This document shows, in pieces, positions 24,646-36,570 of a DNA stretch of 64,000 nucleotides; within the stretch, counting starts at the first letter, position 1; each line of letters starts with the position of its first letter. The notes under the pieces are model-generated. The model was not told the DNA's origin. It was given only the letters and a program-made list of their open reading frames with translations, and ran no database searches. The position numbers and the translations under genes are program-made. The stretch is from a virus (lineage: Duplodnaviria > Caudoviricetes), in IMG/VR virus record IMGVR_UViG_3300025689_000001, positions 32,001-96,000 of that record, one strand, 5' to 3'.

Positions 24646-24674
24646 ATTATACCCGAAATTACGGGTAAAGTCAA
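24646..24674 (-). promoter_or_regulatory. sigma-A type promoter with a palindromic spacer
   Basis: TTGACT-17-TATAAT on the minus strand; TACCCG...CGGGTA inverted repeat inside. Confidence 0.7.
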
Positions 24675-24686
24675 GCTCTTATCTAT

Positions 24687-24717
24687 TATAATGTAAAAAT
24701 TAGCTGCTCTTGCTCTA
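24687..24717 (-). promoter_or_regulatory. candidate phage late promoter (TAGAGC-N16-TACATTATA)
   Basis: Same motif and spacing at 36499-36529; both lie just downstream of terminators. Confidence 0.5.
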
Positions 24718-24721
24718 ATAA

Positions 24722-24750
24722 AGAAAGGGGCTTAGTTACCTAAGCCCCAG
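24722..24750 (-). terminator. intrinsic terminator after the lysin gene
   Basis: GGGGCTTAG-loop-CTAAGCCCC with a U-rich tail on the minus strand. Confidence 0.75.
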
Positions 24751-24753
24751 TCT

Positions 24754-25470
24754 TCACATTCTCAACGCTCTCTTAGTTGCCGGACCACAAAGTTCATCGA
24801 CTTCTAAACCATTCTCAAATTGGAATGCGAGAAGTCCACCAAGAGTAATTTTACCAAATGCGCCGTCGATTTCATTTTTTCTCAGATAGCCTCTGCCTGA
24901 AAGTTTTGACTGCATTTCCTTTACATCATCGCCATGCATGCCTTTCTTAATGGTACGAGTAGGAGTTGGTGTAGGAGTTGGAGTATCACCAGGCAGATAA
25001 ATAAATCCTAAGAATTTATATCCGTTGCCAGCACCCCAGTTGCCATTGCCTTTCTTGCGTTTTGTCGTCCAGAAAGCATTCTTGCATTTATAGCCTGACT
25101 CAGATGTAAGAATAGAGCCATCGTCATAAATCTCTTCTACTACAGCTACATGACCTGCGGCAGAGCCAATTCCTTCCCAAACAATTACTGCACCAAACTG
25201 AGGTTCAGTACCAACTTTAAGACCTTGAGAAATTGCTACTGAATAGAAATTCTCGGCATTAACAGGAAGAAGATGAGTCATTTTGGTATCACCAATAATC
25301 TCATTAAATCTTCCAAAAGCATATCCTACACAGTTGTGAAGTACGTTACAATCTGGGTCAGTAGGATTTCCAACAATGGCGGTTGACCAGCCGCCTTTTG
25401 CCTTGGTAATATAATATTTATTACCAGCTTCAGGTTTAGTTAAACGCGGAGTGAATGTCATGTTACTCAC
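24754..25470 (-). CDS. cell-wall hydrolase/endolysin: CHAP domain, PT linker, peptidoglycan-binding domain
   Basis: NCVGYAFGR (Cys), GHVAVVE (His), PTPTPTPT linker, DG.FG..T...FQ..NGL.VD..CGP.T. Confidence 0.88.
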   Translation of the reverse strand: MSNMTFTPRLTKPEAGNKYYITKAKGGWSTAIVGNPTDPDCNVLHNCVGYAFGRFNEIIGDTKMTHLLPVNAENFYSVAISQGLKVGTEPQFGAVIVWEGIGSAAGHVAVVEEIYDDGSILTSESGYKCKNAFWTTKRKKGNGNWGAGNGYKFLGFIYLPGDTPTPTPTPTRTIKKGMHGDDVKEMQSKLSGRGYLRKNEIDGAFGKITLGGLLAFQFENGLEVDELCGPATKRALRM

Positions 25471-25486
25471 CTCTTAAAAGGGTAAG

Positions 25487-25507
25487 GGTGCCGCCGGAGC
25501 GGCACCA
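25487..25507 (-). terminator. hairpin after the tape measure gene (possible terminator or attenuator)
   Basis: GGTGCCGC-CGGA-GCGGCACC. Confidence 0.5.
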
Positions 25508-25510
25508 AGC

Positions 25511-28500
25511 TTAATTGAGTTGCTGTTGAAGGATTACGTTTGTACCCTCAGGACGTGCAACATCTACGATTTCGTCCTTAACTCTCTGAATCATTTCGTC
25601 AATATCAGTATCAGAAGAGATATGGTCAATGTTCAGATTTATTTCTACGCTTACGTCGCCACCATTATTAGTAACGACTGAAGCGTTATCAGTGTCTCTA
25701 TCCATCCAAGGAATGTCGGCAAGGATTTTAGCTGCTTCACCGATACGAGCTGTGTCTTCTGAATTCAAGAATGCTTCAGGTCTTTCTGGAGAACCGTCAA
25801 CCCAAGCTGGACCAGTGTAGTTAACAAGTCCACCTTCTTTGTACTTAAATACAGAAGTAAGTGTAGCATCTGCGGCAATAAGTCTTTCTTTAATCTTGTT
25901 ATAAAGTTGATAAGAATTAAGAGGAGTTGAGCTGTTACCATCAGTAGTAGATAGTCCAAGTGCAGCTGTTACCTGTTGTAATTCTTCTAACTCATTGCCT
26001 CGATAAAGTTTTTGAATATATGAAGCAAGTTGACCATGAGTAGTTGAGCTATTTGCACCAAAGGCAATAGTACCATTTTCAACGCTACCATTGCTATTAA
26101 TACTATATACCATTCCATCCATAGTATCCTTTAAATTAACCCAATCTACAAGCTATCCACTTGCTGGGCCAACATATGTACTTTCAGCTCCATCGAAGGT
26201 ATCTTCATAACCCAAATCTCCTCCACCTGAACTCTGTGCTGCTTGTGCATCTCTAAGGGCCTGTGCAGCTGTATTTGCTGCCGCAGCGCACTCATTGAGT
26301 TTATTAATTGCTTCTTGAAGAGCCTGTTTTGCAGAATCGATTGACTCTTCTGCTTTTCTCATATCCTCTTCAAAAGCAGCAGTGGTTTCGTTATAAGAAC
26401 GAATAACTTCTGTGCTAAAGGTTTCTGCTGTTTCAGCAACAATCGTGCCGACTTCTTCACCAGTAATTGTCATTGTATCAATGATGAAATCACCAGTTTC
26501 AGATGCACTATCCATTGCTTGCATTGCCATATATTCACTTGCAGCAGTATAGGTCTCTCCATATTCTTGGAGCTTAACTTGCTGTTGAGCAAGAGTCATC
26601 ATTGAATACTCTTCTGAAAGACTTGAAAGGAATTGAGCATAGTCCTCTGCTGATTCGAATGAACCTGCAAGACTTTCTGCCTATGTATTCCAGTAAAGAG
26701 TATTATCAAGCAAGGCTTCTTTGAGTTCCATTTCTGAATCTCTAAGCTCTTGCTGAGATTCGTAAAGTTCTGAAAGTCCATCGATAACTTCATCAATTGC
26801 TTCATCAAGTAATGACTCTCTATCTTGTTGTACTTCTTTTTCAAGTTGACGAGTTTCAAGTTCATTAGCGCCAGATGTATCTCTCTGCATCAATGAAAGT
26901 TTCTTTTCTTTCTGTGCTAAATCTTCGTATTTATTTTCCTTATCTCTTAACTATCTCTATTTATCAATTGCGTCCTAAAGAGCATCAAGATAATCATCAT
27001 CAGCATCTTTCATTGCATCGTACTTATCTTTAAGAGCATCAACCTCTTCTTGATATTGCGCCTTAAGAGCTTCTGCAATCTCAGTCTCCATTGCGGCGTA
27101 ATTATTGAGAGCAGTTTTTCTTTGTTCTTGTAATTCCTTTTCTGCCTTACGAACATTGCCTTCAGATTTAAGAAGTTCATCTCTATATTTATTATAATTA
27201 GAAACCTACTCTTCAAGGAGGTCTTTAATATCGTCAGTGAACTTAGCTTCATTAATAAGACGTTGGTCAATAATATACTTACCAGTTCTGTTATCTTTAC
27301 GAGCATAGTCACCAAAGTTAACATTAGTAGTTTGACCAGTTTCTCTATTAGTGTAAGCGTAGTTACCATTTTCAATCATATCGGCATAATTTTTCAATCC
27401 TGCCTAAATGACCTATTGTTTAGCTGTTTCTTCTGCGACCAAGTTATGAGTTGCATTTGCATAACGCTGAAGTGCAACAGTTGAGTCTTCGATAGACTTA
27501 GAATCAGCAAGTAAGTCCTTAGAACGAGAAATTTCATCGTTAAATGAATTAATTGCTTCATCATAATTATATAAATAGTCAAGTGAAGACTTACGGTTAT
27601 CCTTACCATAAAGAAGGTCATTATATTCTTTAAGAGCTTCATTTAATTTCTCTTGTTTTTCAGCTACGTCCTCTTGAGCCTTAGCCAAATCTTCTAATGC
27701 CTATTCATGGTCTTTTGTTGCATCAGCAACACTTTTAACCTTTTCTTCGTCTGGGAGATAAGAGTCTCTCATCGTAGAGAGTTCTCTTAACGCAGCTTTT
27801 ATTTTATTTTGTGTTTCAAGATACTCTTTAGACCCCGGCTTAATTGAATTGAGACCGCTTTGATATTCAGCAATTTGATTATTAATGTCTTTTAACTTAT
27901 CTGCATATTCTGAATTGATATTGTTAATTTCTTCAGTAGTTTCCGCCCTCTGAGCTCTATAGATATCGAGAGCTTTATCTGCATAAGTTTTAGCCCATCC
28001 AGATAAATTCATATTATATTGCTGCTGTCTCGTAATTAAGATATCTTGTTCTGCCGCGAGTCTCTGTTTAGTAGCAATAAGTAAATCTCTTTCAGCAATA
28101 ATTGAATCTCTCTATATTTTTAATTCATCTATTTTAGCTTGTGTTTCTTTATTTGCTACTTCAAGAATTGCATCAGCATTATTTAGCTGATTTTTAAATT
28201 CCTAAGTAAGTTTTTCTTCATTAAGAATAACTTTGCCATCGTCTGTAAAGTCTAAAAATTCAGATGCTTCAAGACCAAGTTCAGCAAGTGCTTTTTCTAC
28301 CTCTTGAGACTGTGTAAATGAGATAAAGCCATCTTTAAGTTGAGAGGTAATTGCACTACTTAAATCACTATATCCCTTAACCCATTTTTCAAGTCCTTCT
28401 TCAATACTATCTGTTATTGAATCAACAACGTCTTGTGATTTAACTCCGAAGGAAGCAATACCAGCCTTTGTAGCTTCTGTTACGAATTTGTCAGCAAGTT

Positions 28501-31500
28501 TTTTCGCTTCTTCTTCATCAAGTGTTTCTTCCAAGATTTCAAGTATCTAATCTTGGTACTGAGAGAAATTAGTTAAATCAATTTCATCCCAAGGTATTTG
28601 CATCATAGCTAAAATCTAATTCTTTGTTAAGTCTTCATTTTCAGCAAGAGTTGACATTAAAGAATTAGTAAAGGTATCTGCACCAATTTTAGCATGTTCA
28701 CTTAGTTTTGAAAATGCGTCATCTAATTTCGTAAGTTCGTTCTATGTCCAGCCGTCCAGTGACCCTTCTGCTATACCCGTATTTGCCGCAACAGTAGTTA
28801 TTTTTTCTTGTAAACTCTTAATAGCATCATCAACAGCAGTTCCAGCGTAGGCTTTTCCACTGTCTGTTTCCATACTATTCTAAAGAGTAGTTTTTGCTCT
28901 ATTAAGACCATCTACTGTTAAATCATTCATTGAAGAATAAAATTCTTCAACTGCCGTCTATTCTTCTTCTGTTAATTTAGCAAGTTCTGCTTGTCTTTGT
29001 TCGTAAATTTGTTGATATGCTTCATCGAAATATTGTAATGTATCGGTATACTTTTTCCATTTTTCGTCATCTTTACGTGCATCATTCCACCCACTGGAGG
29101 TGAGTTTTTCCAAATCTAATCCTTGCTCATCAATCATAGAATTGATTCTTTCAAAAACATCTTGAACCTTTACACCGTTACTATCAATTTCTTTTACTGT
29201 TTCTGACCAAGTTTTTAAATTATCAGCACCAAATAAACCATGAATTTCTTCTGCATATTTTTCCATGTCAGAAGCATTATCAAAACCTTGTCCATTTGAT
29301 ATGCCAGCATTAAATAGTTTTTCTGCCATATCATTTATTTCTGACTGAGATGGCATTGAGGCTTCCATCATACCTGCCATGAAATCTGCGACTGATTTTG
29401 AAACATCAAACTCACTCTCAATCATACTTGCTCTTTGTGCATGACGACGCTATTTATTTAAGTCTAACTCATCATCTCTAACTTCTTCTTGCTTTTTAAT
29501 AAAATTATCATTACTTTCGATATATTCTTTAAGATAAAGTGCATTTGCATTTGTAGATTCTTCAAAGGTATCTCCCATATATTCCATACCCTAAAAAATC
29601 TAACGCATATCTGCACCCTGTTGTTGAATAGACTCTAAGAAATAACCAAAATCTGAAACATCTTCATAAGAAGCATTATATTTCTTATAACGCTTTAAGC
29701 TCTCTATTATATCATTGATATCTTCTTCACTCAAAGAATTTATATCATGGTCACCAAAATAGTCTTTAATCCAATCTCCAAAAGAGCCTTCTTCATAAGC
29801 GTAAGTTTCAGCATCATATATGCTAAATTTCTTATTATTAAGTTTGGCAATTGCATCCTAATAAATTGAAGCATTTTCAGTGTCTACTTTAAACTGAGCA
29901 TTTGTAACATCCTCATCAGCATTTATAAGTGCAAGCTGAGCAACATAATCATTTCGATTTGCTTCTTTAGCTGCCAAATTAGCTTTTTTAATTATGTCAT
30001 CCCACAGAGTATTTTGAGTAACCAATTCTTTAGTTATTTCATTATAGCTTACGACAACTGAAGGAAGCTCATCTCTAATCTGCTATACTAATTCTTCATA
30101 ACGATTCTGTTCCTCAGTAGTTCTCACTACTTTATTAGCAAGCTCTTCATATTCTTCTTTTAACTCTTTTGCTGCAGTGGCTTCTTTTTCAGCATTAGTT
30201 TTGCTTTCTTTTGACTGAACAGCAATCTTATTGGCTTCTTCTGCCGCTTTTTTAGCGTCTTCAAGCTCTTCCTAAGCAGTTTTCTTACCAGCTTTTGCAT
30301 TTTTAATTAAAAAAGAAACTAAAACAACCAGACCGGTAATTGCTGCCGCGATAGCAACAACAATTGCGCCGATACCGGCGGTACCAGTAATAAAACCAGT
30401 GGTTAATCCTCCACCGACTGCAAGGCCAGTAGCTTCAGCTGCGGCTGCCTAAGTAACTCCACCGGCAGTAATTGCTGCTGTCTCAGCTGCTTGTTCCGCC
30501 GTAACTGCTGCGACTCTTTCTGCTCCACCTTTTAGTTGAAGTTTTGTTAACTATTTCTAATGAACTCTTGCAAGAACTTCTTGCAAAGCAAATTGCGCCG
30601 CCATTACAGTTAATTGAATAGACATCATTTTAAGAACATCAATTGCATCTGCTCCAGAAGCTATCATAGCAAAAGCAGAAATTGCAGCCTGTCCTACTGC
30701 GGCGAAGCCTTGTCTCATACCTTCAAGTCTTGCTTGGTTCTAATTAAACTGTTTAATTACAGCATCTGCATTTTGTAGCTCTGTTGCCATTTCTCGTGCT
30801 TTTTGACCATTTGCACCGAAAGTCTACAACATCTATTTTGCAGCCTTATCTGCTTCTTGTTCGCTTAAACCAACGTCACGACCAGCCTAAGCAAGTGCAT
30901 GGTATGAGTTTAACATACCATTCATCTTAGAAGTATCAACTTGCTGAAGAATATTTACTCCGCCATTCTTTGCAAGCATCTTATTAGAATCATTTACAAG
31001 AGTTGTAATTTGATTTTTTGTTTGTAATGCTGCTTTATAGTCAATTGCAGTAGGTATTTGAACACCTTTCTTTAATACTTTATTAAATCCTGTCAGTATC
31101 TTAGTACCAGCTAATGTACCAATACTTGAAAGTATATTAATAGAACTCTTTAATGTAGTAAAGAATGTTGAAATAAATGATTTTGCTGCCCAAATAGCAA
31201 CTGGACCTAAAACAATTAAACGCTTCCATTTAATATTCTAAACTTTATCTAAGAATACTCCTAAACTATCAATTAAGCCTTTAAATACATCACTATTAAG
31301 AATGTTAACTCTAAATTCTTCCCATTTAGTATTTAACTGATTAAGTTTGTATTCCATAGTGTCAGCATATTTAGCGAACTGTTCATCAGCTTTTCCTTCT
31401 GACTCTGCGGCAATATCCATCAATTCAGCTGTTCTTTCATAGTTGTCCATCATAGCGATGAAACGAGACTGCTGACGTGAACCTGCGGCAATAGTAGCTA

Positions 31501-33472
31501 CATAACGCTGAGTATTTCTATCAAGGCTATCCCACTTTTGACTTAATTCAAGGAATACATCATCAAGGTTTCTGAACTGTCCATCAACATCTTTTAATTC
31601 AACACCAACCGATTTTAATGCCTTATCAACTTTGTTGTAATCCAAATCTTCAAACTCAGAGTCTGCTGTACCAGCAATATTCTCTTTTAACTCAGTAAAT
31701 CTTGCAATAATAGTCTTTAAAGATGTACCAATGTTCTCAGCAGATTCCTAAGTTGTTTCAATCATCTGAGTAAGGAATGTAGATGTGTTTTCAAATGACA
31801 TACCAGCAGAATTAGCAATTGATGCTGTTCTTGCCATAGCTTGTGCAATATCATCAACAGATGCTGCGGCGTGAGCTGCAAGGTTTGAATAAACATCAGT
31901 TACTCGTCCACCTTCGTCCATTTCCATTTTGAAACCACGAATAGCAGATGTCATTTCCTGAGTAGCTGTTTCAAAATCATTACCTGCTAAAGTAGCAAGT
32001 TTCATGGTATTAGTTGTTAACTCAAGAGCTTCTTTAGTATCAAGACCTTGCTGATAGAACAAAGCAGATGCTTTAATTACATCATTAGTCTTTTGTCCAA
32101 GGTTAGATGCCATATTTGCATACTAACTATAAGAATCCCACATCTGGTTAACGCTGTATTTAGTAACCATTGCAATTGATGCAAATGATTTATCAAGTTC
32201 TTTTACATCATTATATGTCTGCTTAATAGTTCTTTTAAGTAAATTTAAAACAGAAGTTGCGCTTAAAAGCATTAAAATTCTGTTTTTCATGTTATCAAAT
32301 GAAGCACTTGCAGACTCTGTTGCCTTAGTTGCATTATAAATAGAAGATGTACTACCATTAAATGCAACACGCATTTCTTCAGTAGTTCTAGTTAAAGATG
32401 ATGTTGCAGCAACGACACCTTGCATAGCAACTTTATTCTGATTCTCTGCTGCAGTTCTCTGTTGCTCTTGTGCCGTTAAAGCTGCGCTACTTTGACGCAT
32501 AGCATCAAGTGAAGCAGTTGTACCATTAATAACTGATTGAGCATCGGAAGAGAAATTAATATTACTATCAGTAATATCGCCAATTAAAGCTCTACTTTCA
32601 ACAGCGGCATTGTATTTTGAGCCTGCTTCTGACTTAGCTGCAAGTTCATCTCTCTTCTTAATTACTTCTTCAATTTTTTGTTTAAGTGCATCTACGTCAA
32701 CAACAAATTTTTGAAGTTGCTCCTCAGAGCCAATCATACTATTCTTGATACCATTCTACCAGACATTACTAAAATCCTGACCATCACGAATAGCTTCTGC
32801 GAACATCTTATTTAGGTCTTGACGTAACTCCTTAACTTCAGCTGCCTTAAAACCGCTTGCAGAACCGAAGCCAGCAGAAATATCATCTGAACCAAGAAGT
32901 GATTTACCAGCACCGGTTGCAGTAACTTTCTAACCTGCCTGTCTTCTTGCTTCATCTGCTGAAGCTCTAAGAGACTCTTCAAGTGCTTTTCTGAGTTTTA
33001 ACTCCTCTTCTAACTTCTTAATAACGTCATCTTCTGACTTAACAGTTTTTGCTAAATCATCAGATACTTGTGCACTAAAACCAAGTTTTGAAAATTGTCC
33101 AGAAAAAGCCTTCTAAAGGTCTACGATTTTCCTCTTAGCTTCTTCAAGTTTCTTTTCAAACTCCATAATAGAAGAGGTTGGAAATGCTTTCTTATCTCTT
33201 GAAATTCTCTCAAGCTCTTTACCTAACTATCCAAGAGATGAAAATGTATTATCTACTCTCTTCTGATAATTTTGAATTTCTCTTGAACTTTCTTTACCAA
33301 AAGCACCTTCGTTACGAAGATTCTTAAATTTCTCTTCGAGTCTGTCTAATGATTTAGTAAGTCCAGAGGTTATACTTGATTTCGCGCCAGCCTACTCCAT
33401 TGCAGTAATCGCAGCACGATAATCTCGGATTATACCAGAGGCGTCTAATCCAATTTCAATTTTCTTCGTCAT
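25511..33472 (-). CDS. tape measure protein (~2653 aa, many TAG=Gln)
   Basis: Eleven track ORFs share one frame; TP901-type core (ELDKSFASIAMVT, LFYQQG, IGTSLKTIIARF, GSRQQSRFIAMM); GGLVNYTGPAWVDG near the C-terminus; GAGGTG RBS. Confidence 0.9.
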
Positions 33473-33486
33473 TCAATTTTCACCTC

Positions 33487-35559
33487 TTATGATAATAATT
33501 GACTTACAGATACCTCAAATTTCTTTAATTGATAAACTAAAGATTGATATCTGCTGACCAATGAGTCTATTTGTAATGTTTCTGCATCTAATGGATTTAC
33601 TGAGGCAACCTGCATACCAGTCTCGCTATCAGTGATTGTCGTTCCATCATATCTACGAGTTTCATATGGAAAGAGTGAAGTATTCTCTAATGAGTAAAAA
33701 ATATTATTCATTCTGCCTTCATCCTCTTTTATTTTATCAAGTGCATAACCAAAAATGCAAGAAGCTGGAATATAATGTCCATTCGCCACAATTAAATAGT
33801 TAATTGTGTCACTACCCTATCCTTCAAGACGAAGTAGTTTGTCAACATTATTATCCATAATTGTTGTTGCAATCTTCTCTAAATCAGGGAAGTTTCTAAA
33901 GCTACCTGCATATTTAGAAAGCAAAGCGTTATTAGCTTGAACAAACTTTAGTAAATTTATTTCTTGCTATGATAAATAACGTTTGATAATGGTCGAATTA
34001 AGATTCATACCTCTTACTTGTGCAGACATTAATGTGAAGTGTTTTTCATTAGTAATGTAGTTTTTAATATTAAAACCAACGTTAAGCATTCCTCTTCTAC
34101 CTGCGTTTACTTGGAACATCATATCTGAAAAAGACTAACCAGCTGATTTATAATCATTACCATATGTTTCTTTACCTTTTGCTGCACTCTCAGCAAGTAC
34201 CATATTACCTGCGCTGTTATACATTTGTTGCATGCTACCAGTTGATGCAGCTTCAATACCTAATGTATTTAAATGATAATAAGAGCCCAATTCACCAAGT
34301 ATACCAGCGATAACAGAATTTGATTTCAATGAGTTACCATTTGTATTTAGATAAGTTTTTATTATCTTCGCATTAATAACTCCTTTAATTGGTAAATCAG
34401 CAATTTGCTTCTTAGCTTCTTTACTTATTCTAAAATTTCTTCTCTTACCAGCTATATCCACATGAAGATAATCGTGAGGAAAGTTTCTAAAGAAATTTAA
34501 CATATTTTCTTCAAAGCTCGTAGCAAGTTCGTCAATAACCGATTTCTCATTGCCGCCCTGAGCTTCAAGTGTAAAGAATACTGAATTACCATTTTTAATG
34601 TTGATTCTAATTGGATATTTTTCCAATTCAGCTTTAGCTTCAGGATTTAACTAAAGAATCTATGCTCTAATACCTTTATTTACTTCTTCACCGAATGAAA
34701 TAAGCCATTCTTTAAGTAGGTCATGCATTTCTCTATAACCTGCACCCTTCATACCTTTTATTTTCTTTTTGACCTTACCTAATCCTTCAGATGCAAGAGT
34801 AATATATTCGTCTGCTGAAAAAGACTCTAAGAATTTATCTTGTATTTCCTTTTCCAATTCTTTAATTGCAAGAGTGGTAAGAGCATCAATGCTACCTTTA
34901 CTATTTTTTCTTTTCATTAAAGCATCTTGCATTTCTTTTTCAAGTATTGCCATCTTTTTATCGTCATCAAGGTCATAAAAAGATTTTCTTCTGCCAAGAC
35001 CTTTTTCCCAGTCTTTTCTTGAAAGTCGTGTTTTTATTTGAGGTACATTTCTAAGATAATTATACATTTCTTCACTTCTAATAACACAGTAAGCTTGGCT
35101 CTGGCTATCGAGAGTACTAAAACCACCTCTACCATTTGCTCTTGTTAAAACACGATAAAACATAAGCCAATCCCAGAATCTTATTTTATCTTTCGCGGCG
35201 CCACCTACTGGATATTGACCTGGAAAATTTTTTAACTATGACATATGGTCTCCGTATCCTTCTGTACGAGATAATTCTTTTACTAAAGTATACCAAAGGT
35301 CTTGTTCAACGCCTTGATATTTTTCCTTCTTTGAGGTTAATTTAACAACTAAATCTTTTTTGCCATATTTAATCTATTCTTCTTGCCAAATTTTATATTC
35401 CTATCTCGCTTCAGCTTTAATCTTATTCTAAATCTTAGCCCAGGTTGTAGTAAAAGCCATTCCCTCAAAGTACTAATATTTAGCATCTTTTGCAACGATA
35501 GAAGATACCATATTACCATAGGCTTCAGGCGGCTATAAAAGCTTTGGATAATTTGCCAT
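33487..35559 (-). CDS. hypothetical protein in the tail module (~690 aa, TAG read-through)
   Basis: Three track ORFs in one frame plus an upstream extension to ATG 35559. Confidence 0.7.
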
Positions 35560-35565
35560 TCAGCA

Positions 35566-36468
35566 TCACATATATTCTCCCGTGAGCTCGTCATTTAAAA
35601 ATGTTATTTTTAAAATAGAGTTCAACTCAGCTTTCTATCCTTCTTGTGGGTAACCTGTAAAATAAAAATCACTTACGACAGGATTATCATAAGCAGTACC
35701 AAGTTTCATTGCGAGACTTGATTGAATTTTCAATCTTGGTATTTCAATAATTGCTGTTCTTGGTTCCCCGCTAAAGAAATCTTTTACAGTTGTTTTTGCA
35801 GTAAGATTTAAAAAACCATTAAACAATCTATTACCAATATCAAGCTGGAGTATATCATCAACATAATCAAAAGTATAATCAACCATTATTTTTCTATGCT
35901 CGCCCCTAAAGATGATTCTATTACCGCAAACTTCAAATTTCATTATTCTGTTACCAGTCTCCATGTCGTAGCAGAATAAAAATCTATCAGGTTTAGGAGG
36001 GAGTGGTTTAAGTGGTAACCATTCTCTTCTTCCCATAGGCATTTGCTCATTCTCAGGATTACCCTATAAGCCCCATTGTCCATCGACATGATTTGGAATG
36101 TATTTGAGATTAACAAACCACTAATCATCGTCTTCAATAACATCGAGCTATTCTTTATAAGAAACAGACTTAGCTTTCTTATTATTCAATTTAGAATTAC
36201 TAAGAACAGCCCACGTTGTTGGAGATAACACACCATGAGTAATAGCGAAAGTTGCTTCTTTATCAGTTTCCCAATCAATAAGCATATTATTATTATATCC
36301 GCCGCGAGCTTGTTTATGTTCTTTTATTTCCTATACCTGTGCGATATCGGCACGCTCAAAACTAAGAATAGTTTCATTTATATCATATTTTCTACCACCC
36401 AACTCTATGGGCTGACTAATACGAATGTTAATATCATATAATTCTTTCATACCAACAAGGTTGTCCAT
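35566..36468 (-). CDS. tail tube-like paralog 5 (divergent, ~300 aa)
   Basis: MDNLVGMKELYDINI...ARGGYNNNMLIDWETDKEATFAITHG aligns by eye with the GIKEVADV...GG.GN..LI.WD.GK motif. Confidence 0.7.
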
Positions 36469-36498
36469 AGCTGACACCTCCTCTAATAATCTTCTTTA

Positions 36499-36529
36499 TA
36501 TAATGTAGTTTTCTTTAGACTAAGCTCTA
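36499..36529 (-). promoter_or_regulatory. candidate phage late promoter (TAGAGC-N16-TACATTATA)
   Basis: Identical boxes and spacing to 24687-24717. Confidence 0.5.
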
Positions 36530-36537
36530 TAAAACAG

Positions 36538-36567
36538 AAAAGAGCAGAACTGTAAGTCCTGCTCTTG
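36538..36567 (-). terminator. intrinsic terminator
   Basis: AAGAGCAG...CTGCTCTT stem with a U tail on the minus strand. Confidence 0.7.
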
Positions 36568-36570
36568 ACA

